From assembly GCA_028707175.1 (NCBI GenBank), contig JAQTUV010000005.1, forward strand, positions 207,618 to 271,617: 64,000 nt of DNA, read 5' to 3'. The position numbers and the translations under genes are program-made. The stretch is from Sideroxydans sp. GTDB taxonomy: Bacteria > Pseudomonadota > Gammaproteobacteria > Burkholderiales > Gallionellaceae. This document shows positions 58,312-64,000 of this stretch, in pieces. Under the pieces are notes generated by a model. That model was given only the letters and a program-made list of their open reading frames with translations. It did no database searches and was not told the origin of the DNA. How positions within the stretch are numbered: position 1 is the stretch's first letter; every line of letters starts with the position of its first letter.

Positions 58312-61300
58312 TATGCGGCCTCCTTCTGTTGCGCCGCGATTTCAAGCAATGCACGACGATATTCGGTTGGCATGACTTTGACGAACTTGGGCAGGTAGGT
58401 GCTCCAGTTATCCAAAATCTGTTTGGCGCGCGCACTACCCGTGTAACGCAAGTGCTTCTCGATCTTGCCACGAATGACGGCTTCGTCAGCTTTGTTGAGA
58501 TGGTTGAAATGTACACGACCATGCGTATCAACTTCTCCCATCTCACTCGCGGCGACTTCTTCCGGAATCGCCTCCAGCTGCACCATGGACATGTTGCAAC
58601 GTTGCGGGAACGTGCCATCCTCATCCAGCACGTAAGCCACACCGCCGGACATACCCGCCGCGAAGTTACGGCCTGTCTGACCCAACACCACCACCATACC
58701 GCCCGTCATGTATTCGCAACCGTGATCGCCCAGACCTTCGACAACAGCGATGGCGCCCGAGTTACGCACCGCAAAACGTTCGCCTGCGACACCGTTAAAG
58801 AAGCACTCACCTGCCGTCGCTCCGTACAGAACCGTGTTACCAACGATGATGTTGTCGGCTGCGGTCAATTTGCTGTCCGCGGATGGCTTGACGATGATGC
58901 GACCACCGCACAGACCTTTACCCACGTAGTCGTTGCCTTCACCTTCCAATTGGAAGCTGATGCCATGCGCGAGGAACGCGCCGAAGCTTTGACCTGCAGT
59001 GCCGGTCAGCTTCACGCGGATGGTGTCGTCGGGTAGACCTGCATTGCCGTGGCGCTTCGCCACTTCATGCGACAACATGGCACCGACGCTACGATTGACG
59101 TTACGCACCTTGGTTTCGATGCTGACATTACGTTTCGCATCCAACGCTTCTTTGGATTGCGCGATGAGGTCGTTGTCCAATGCTTCGCCCAAACCGTGAT
59201 CCTGCTCTTCCAGATGGCGGCGTGCAACGCTGGCTGGAACGTTAGGCTGATGGAACACCTTGCTGAAATCCAAGCCCTTGGCTTTCCAATGAGTGATGCC
59301 TTTGCGCATATCCAACAGATCGCTACGGCCAACAAGGTCGTCGAACTTGCGGATACCCATTTGCGCCATCAACTCACGCACTTCCTCAGCGACGAAGAAG
59401 AAGTAGTTAACGACGTGCTCGGGCTGTCCTGTGAATTTCTTGCGCAATGCAGGGTCTTGTGTCGCCACACCGACTGGGCAAGTGTTGAGGTGACACTTAC
59501 GCATCATGATGCAACCCTCGACCACCAGCGGCGCAGTAGCAAAACCGAATTCGTCCGCACCTAGCAGCGCACCGATCAACACGTCGCGACCAGTCTTCAA
59601 CTGACCATCGACTTGCAGGCCGACGCGACCGCGCAACTTATTCAACACCAAAGTCTGCTGAGCTTCAGACAAGCCCAATTCCCACGGCGTACCTGCGTGT
59701 TTGATAGAAGACTGTGGCGATGCCCCGGTGCCGCCGTCATAACCGGAGATGACGATGTGATCGGCTTTGGCTTTAGACACACCTGCAGCAACCGTACCCA
59801 CGCCCACTTCCGACACCAACTTCACAGAGATAGAAGCGGATGGATTGGAATTCTTCAGGTCATGGATAAGCTGTGCCAAGTCCTCAATGGAGTAGATGTC
59901 GTGGTGCGGAGGTGGCGAAATCAAACCAACGCCCGGCACCGAGTGACGCAACTTGCCGATGTACTCGGACACCTTACCGCCTGGCAACTGACCGCCTTCA
60001 CCGGGCTTCGCGCCTTGCGCCATCTTGATCTGGATCTGGTCCGCGCTGCTCAGATATTCCGCAGTCACACCAAAACGACCCGAGGCGACTTGCTTGATGC
60101 GCGAACGCAAAGAGTCGCCCGGCTTCATTGTTTGATCCGCTTCGATACGGTTCTTGCCGATGATCTCGGACAACTTCTCGCCGCCTTGCAGCAACTTGAA
60201 GCGGTTGGCATCTTCGCCACCTTCACCCGTGTTCGACTTGCCGCCGATACGGTTCATCGCGATCGCCAAAGTGGCGTGCGCTTCGGTAGAGATAGAACCC
60301 AAAGACATCGCACCCGTCACGAAACGTTTGACGATCTCCTTCGCGGATTCAACTTCATCCAAGGGCACAGCCTTGCCAACAGGCTTGATCTCGAACAGTC
60401 CGCGCAAAGTCATCTGACGCTGGGTCTGGTCATTGATGAGCTTGGCGTATTCTTTGTAGGTATTGAAATTGTTAGAGCGTGTCGCGTGTTGCAGCTTTGC
60501 GATGGAGTCCGGCGTCCATGTGTGTTCTTCACCACGAATGCGGAAAGCGTAATCACCACCTGCCTCCAACATGTTCGCCAACACTGGATCTGTGCCGAAC
60601 GCCGCGCTGTGCATACGCATCGCTTCTTCGGCGACATCTTGCAGGCCGATACCTTCGATCTGCGTCGCCGTGCCGGTGAAATACTTCTTCACGAAGTCGG
60701 AATTCAAACCGATGGCTTCGAATATCTGCGATCCGCAATAGGATTGATAGGTCGAGATACCCATCTTGGACATCACCTTGAGCAAGCCCTTGTTGATGCC
60801 CTTGATGAAACGTTTCTGTCCATCCTTAGCACTCACGCCTGCAGGCAATTCGAATTGCTCGATGCTATCGAATGCCAACCATGGGCACACCGCTTCCGCG
60901 CCGTAACCCGCTAACAAAGCGAAGTGATGCACTTCACGCGCAGAACCTGTTTCCACCACCAAACCAGCGCTGGTGCGCAACCCTGCTTTGACCAAGTGGT
61001 GATGCACTGCAGCGGTTGCTAGCAAGGCAGGGATCGCTACACGTTTGTCAGAGACTGCGCGGTCAGACAGGATCAATACGTTGAAACCGCTGGTGACGGC
61101 TTTGTTTGCCGCTTTGCACAGATCAGCAATCGCCTTTTCACATCCCGCTGCGCCATTCTTGGCAGCATAGGTCAGGTCCAACACTTGTGACTTGTATTGG
61201 CCCTTGGTGAGCTTGTCGATGCCATACAACTTCGCCATATCTTCCAACGACAGGATGGGTTGGTGCACTTCCAAACGCAAAGCGGGCTTCGTCTCGTCGA

Positions 61301-62966
61301 TGCCTAGCAGATTCGGCTTAGGGCCGACAAAGGAGGTCAACGACATCACGATCTCTTCGCGGATCGGATCGATCGGCGGATTGGTCACTTGCGCGAACAA
61401 CTGTTTGAAGTAGTTGTAGAGGACTTTGTTCTTGCTCGACAACACGGGCAATGCCGCGTCGTTACCCATAGAGCCGGTCGCCTCTTCACCCGCGCTTGCC
61501 AGAGGCAGCATGATGAATTTGAGGTCTTCTTGCGTATAACCGAACGCTTGTTGCGCATCCAACAGGCTGATCTGCGCTGCGCTCTTGTCCGCCACTTTTG
61601 GCATGTCATCGAGGAAGTAACGCGACTGCTCGATCCACTTGCGATAAGGCTTGGCTGTGGCGATTTGTTGCTTGAGTTCTGCGTCGTCAACGATGCGACC
61701 CTGCTCCATATCGATGAGGAACATCTTGCCTGGTTGCAAACGCCACTTCTTCACGATCTTGCTTTGCGGGATAGGCAACACACCCATCTCGGAAGCCATC
61801 AACACAACGTCATCGTCAGTGATGAGATAACGCGCTGGACGCAGGCCGTTTCGATCCAGTGTCGCACCAATCATGCGACCATCGGTAAATGCGACCGCTG
61901 CTGGGCCGTCCCACGGCTCCATCAGCGCAGCGTGGTACTCGTAGAAGGCGCGACGCTCTTCATCCATCAATGGATTACCTGCCCATGCCTCTGGGATCAG
62001 CAACATCATGGCGTGTGGCAAGGAGTATCCACCCGCCACCAGCAATTCAAGCGCGTTGTCGAAACAAGCAGAGTCTGATTGACCTTCAACGATGAGCGGC
62101 CACAGCTTTTCCAGATCTTCGCCCAACAACTTTGACGACATCGCCGCATGGCGTGCCGCCATCCAGTTCACGTTGCCGCGCAATGTGTTGATCTCGCCGT
62201 TATGCGCGATCATGCGGAACGGGTGCGCCAGATTCCAAGTTGGGAAAGTGTTGGTAGAGAAGCGTTGGTGAACCAATGAGAAGGCGCTGACTACGCGCGC
62301 ATCTTGTAGGTCAACGAAATACTTTCCGACTTGATCAGCCAACAACATGCCTTTGTACACGACCGTGCGTGACGACATGGAAGGCACATAGAAGCCCTTA
62401 CCTTGATTCTTGGCCAGCTTGCTGATGGCATGCTCAGTCGTCTTGCGAATAACGAACAACTTGCGTTCGAATGCATCTTGGTCGGCGGTCTTCTTGCCAC
62501 GCCCGATGAACACTTGACGCACCACTGGCTCAAGCGCTTTGACACTTTCACCGAGTGTACTGTTATCGACAGGAACATCGCGCCAGCCAATGATCGTTTG
62601 GCCTTCTGCGACGACCTTATCTGCGATGATTTTTTCGCACGCGGCTCGCGCTGTAGCATCTGGCGGCAAGAACAACATGCCGACACCGTAATCTCCTGCT
62701 GGTGGCAATTGGATGCCACCCCAGTTCATCTCATCACGTAGGAATTGGTCTGGAATCTGGATCAAGATACCCGCGCCATCACCCGCCAACGGGTCTGCGC
62801 CCACCGCACCTCGGTGCGTCAGATTCTCAAGAATCTGCAGACCTTGACTGACTCGGTCGTGACTGGCTTTACCTTTGATATGTGCGACGAAACCGACACC
62901 ACATGCATCATGTTCATTGCGCGGGTCATAAAGACCTTGCTGCGCAGGCAACGAAGAATTATTCAC
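58311..62966 (-). CDS. gltB: Glutamate synthase (NADPH) large subunit
   Basis: It is 1551 aa. It has an N-terminal Ntn amidotransferase domain ([11 protein letters not shown]), an FMN/3Fe-4S central domain and a C-terminal GXGXG beta-helix domain. Confidence 0.97.
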   Translation of the reverse strand: MNNSSLPAQQGLYDPRNEHDACGVGFVAHIKGKASHDRVSQGLQILENLTHRGAVGADPLAGDGAGILIQIPDQFLRDEMNWGGIQLPPAGDYGVGMLFLPPDATARAACEKIIADKVVAEGQTIIGWRDVPVDNSTLGESVKALEPVVRQVFIGRGKKTADQDAFERKLFVIRKTTEHAISKLAKNQGKGFYVPSMSSRTVVYKGMLLADQVGKYFVDLQDARVVSAFSLVHQRFSTNTFPTWNLAHPFRMIAHNGEINTLRGNVNWMAARHAAMSSKLLGEDLEKLWPLIVEGQSDSACFDNALELLVAGGYSLPHAMMLLIPEAWAGNPLMDEERRAFYEYHAALMEPWDGPAAVAFTDGRMIGATLDRNGLRPARYLITDDDVVLMASEMGVLPIPQSKIVKKWRLQPGKMFLIDMEQGRIVDDAELKQQIATAKPYRKWIEQSRYFLDDMPKVADKSAAQISLLDAQQAFGYTQEDLKFIMLPLASAGEEATGSMGNDAALPVLSSKNKVLYNYFKQLFAQVTNPPIDPIREEIVMSLTSFVGPKPNLLGIDETKPALRLEVHQPILSLEDMAKLYGIDKLTKGQYKSQVLDLTYAAKNGAAGCEKAIADLCKAANKAVTSGFNVLILSDRAVSDKRVAIPALLATAAVHHHLVKAGLRTSAGLVVETGSAREVHHFALLAGYGAEAVCPWLAFDSIEQFELPAGVSAKDGQKRFIKGINKGLLKVMSKMGISTYQSYCGSQIFEAIGLNSDFVKKYFTGTATQIEGIGLQDVAEEAMRMHSAAFGTDPVLANMLEAGGDYAFRIRGEEHTWTPDSIAKLQHATRSNNFNTYKEYAKLINDQTQRQMTLRGLFEIKPVGKAVPLDEVESAKEIVKRFVTGAMSLGSISTEAHATLAIAMNRIGGKSNTGEGGEDANRFKLLQGGEKLSEIIGKNRIEADQTMKPGDSLRSRIKQVASGRFGVTAEYLSSADQIQIKMAQGAKPGEGGQLPGGKVSEYIGKLRHSVPGVGLISPPPHHDIYSIEDLAQLIHDLKNSNPSASISVKLVSEVGVGTVAAGVSKAKADHIVISGYDGGTGASPQSSIKHAGTPWELGLSEAQQTLVLNKLRGRVGLQVDGQLKTGRDVLIGALLGADEFGFATAPLVVEGCIMMRKCHLNTCPVGVATQDPALRKKFTGQPEHVVNYFFFVAEEVRELMAQMGIRKFDDLVGRSDLLDMRKGITHWKAKGLDFSKVFHQPNVPASVARRHLEEQDHGLGEALDNDLIAQSKEALDAKRNVSIETKVRNVNRSVGAMLSHEVAKRHGNAGLPDDTIRVKLTGTAGQSFGAFLAHGISFQLEGEGNDYVGKGLCGGRIIVKPSADSKLTAADNIIVGNTVLYGATAGECFFNGVAGERFAVRNSGAIAVVEGLGDHGCEYMTGGMVVVLGQTGRNFAAGMSGGVAYVLDEDGTFPQRCNMSMVQLEAIPEEVAASEMGEVDTHGRVHFNHLNKADEAVIRGKIEKHLRYTGSARAKQILDNWSTYLPKFVKVMPTEYRRALLEIAAQQKEAA

Positions 62967-63221
62967 TTGTTTCTCACCTCATTCAAACTAACTCAAGTAG
63001 GGCCTCAACCAGCCCTCAATATGAAACCAAAAGGGCGGGAATGCTACCTTAAACATGGGGGATAGGGCAACCCACCCATCCTCACAAGCATTATAAGCAC
63101 CCAAACTTTAGCTTGCCTGTACGAAATTCAGGTTGCCTAATTAAATCTAGGGGTTATAGAATCCGCCTAATTCCTTTTCGCAACGTCGCGATGTAAAGGC
63201 CTAATGTTATCGGAGGTTCCT

Positions 63222-64000
63222 GTGCAACTCACCCACGTTAAACGTATGCAACTTTTCTTTGCAAGTGCCCTGCTTTTAACGCTAGTAGGCTGTGGTGGGC
63301 GTGAAATTCCAGCAACGACTGCAACACCTGTTGTTGCAACCTCAACAGCGTCATCAATTTCTCTCAGGGCAACAGGCACTCAGGTTAAAAGCGATGGCTC
63401 TGATTCGGTAGTGATTACTGCCACAGCTCTGGACAGCAAAAATGCCCTCGTCACAGGGCAGGTCCTCAATATTGCCAGCTCCGGAGGACAATTAAGTGCC
63501 TCAACTGTAACGACTGATACTACAGGTAAAGCCACCTTCACCTTCTCTGGCGGCACGTCCGGCATGAACAACACCATAACCGTTACGGTCACGGCATCAG
63601 GATCCAGCGTCTCCCAATCGCTACCTATCAATATTGCAGGATCTTCTATTACGCTAACTTCTGCAGGTTCAGCCAATTCGTCCGCCGCAGGCACTCCGAT
63701 ATCTATCGGCATCAGCGCTAAAAATGCTGGCGGATTAGGTGTCGCATCCCAATCGTTGCGATACTCCATCGCTCCCTCTAGCACTGGTAGCGGCACACTC
63801 AACACAACTTTAGGCACCACTAACACCGCAGGCGCCGCATCAGTCAGCTTAACTGGAACAGCAGCAGGTAATGTTGATGTGACAGTTGAATGGCTTAACG
63901 CTGCTGGCACGGTAACTGCGACCTCAGTAAAAACCATCACGATCACTTCTACTGCGGGTGTTTTCCAAGTAACGACACCCGCGGCCTCCCCAGCCTCTGC
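63222..64000 (+). CDS. Lipoprotein with tandem bacterial Ig-like (Big_1/invasin-type) repeats, 3' end truncated by the window edge
   Basis: The frame is open from GTG 63222 (GGAGG 5 nt upstream; alternative ATG at 63246) to the window end, so it is absent from the ORF track. The lipobox is LLLTLVGCGG. Repeated units such as SDGSDSVVITATALDSKNALVTGQVLNIASSGGQLSASTVTTDTTGKATFTFSGG are present. The listed 63380-63946 minus ORF is its antisense shadow. Confidence 0.7.
   Translation, partial: MQLTHVKRMQLFFASALLLTLVGCGGREIPATTATPVVATSTASSISLRATGTQVKSDGSDSVVITATALDSKNALVTGQVLNIASSGGQLSASTVTTDTTGKATFTFSGGTSGMNNTITVTVTASGSSVSQSLPINIAGSSITLTSAGSANSSAAGTPISIGISAKNAGGLGVASQSLRYSIAPSSTGSGTLNTTLGTTNTAGAASVSLTGTAAGNVDVTVEWLNAAGTVTATSVKTITITSTAGVFQVTTPAASPAS

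Noticed and set aside
59613-60914. 433-aa + strand ORF (and the neighbouring + strand ORFs at 58299-59036, 59049-59564 and 61389-62078)
   Set aside because: All are antisense to gltB. Their Arg/His/Leu-rich, low-complexity composition is typical of shadow frames.
63380-63946. 188-aa - strand ORF
   Set aside because: It is antisense to the open-ended + strand lipoprotein gene, which has an RBS, a lipobox and Ig-like repeat periodicity. The minus-frame product is a Val/Ala/Pro/Thr-rich mirror image.

Overview
This 64-kb chromosomal window comes from a nitrogen-fixing proteobacterium. The housekeeping synteny (mreBCD-mrdAB opposite gatCAB, dapF-DUF484-xerC, argS-SPOR-dsbA, priA/hemE/gltBD) looks betaproteobacterial; that taxon call is inference. 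About the first 13 kb is a nif accessory region. On the + strand it holds a 5'-truncated flavodiiron protein, two [2Fe-2S] ferredoxins, nifQ and draG. On the - strand it holds an iscA(nif)-nifU-nifS-nifV-cysE-TPR-nifW-nifZ-nifM operon, driven by a perfect sigma-54 promoter with a NifA-type UAS just downstream of tRNA-Arg(CCG). Between draG and nifM lies accessory DNA: an antitoxin with a frameshifted ParE/RelE toxin, and an AT-richer two-gene cassette bracketed by 131-nt inverted repeats. I rate that cassette the most unusual structure in the window. The rest comprises two solute:sodium symporter modules (DUF4212+SSS, DUF485+ActP) around a two-component system and a CPA1 antiporter, a DUF294 nucleotidyltransferase/exonuclease pair, and cell-shape genes. 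It also contains an AT-rich island encoding two membrane J-domain/J-like proteins, an RquA-like methyltransferase, a HEPN-like gene behind a NYN-LOTUS gene, and a 3'-truncated Big_1-type lipoprotein. Two GC-rich REP-like repeat families litter the nif intergenic regions. Copies of them, plus a separate AT-rich palindrome, appear to sit in-frame inside coding sequences (SDR, cysE N-terminus, nifZ C-terminus, gatB). No CRISPR array, rRNA or recognisable transposase/integrase other than xerC was seen. All homology calls rest on motif recognition by eye, not on searches.
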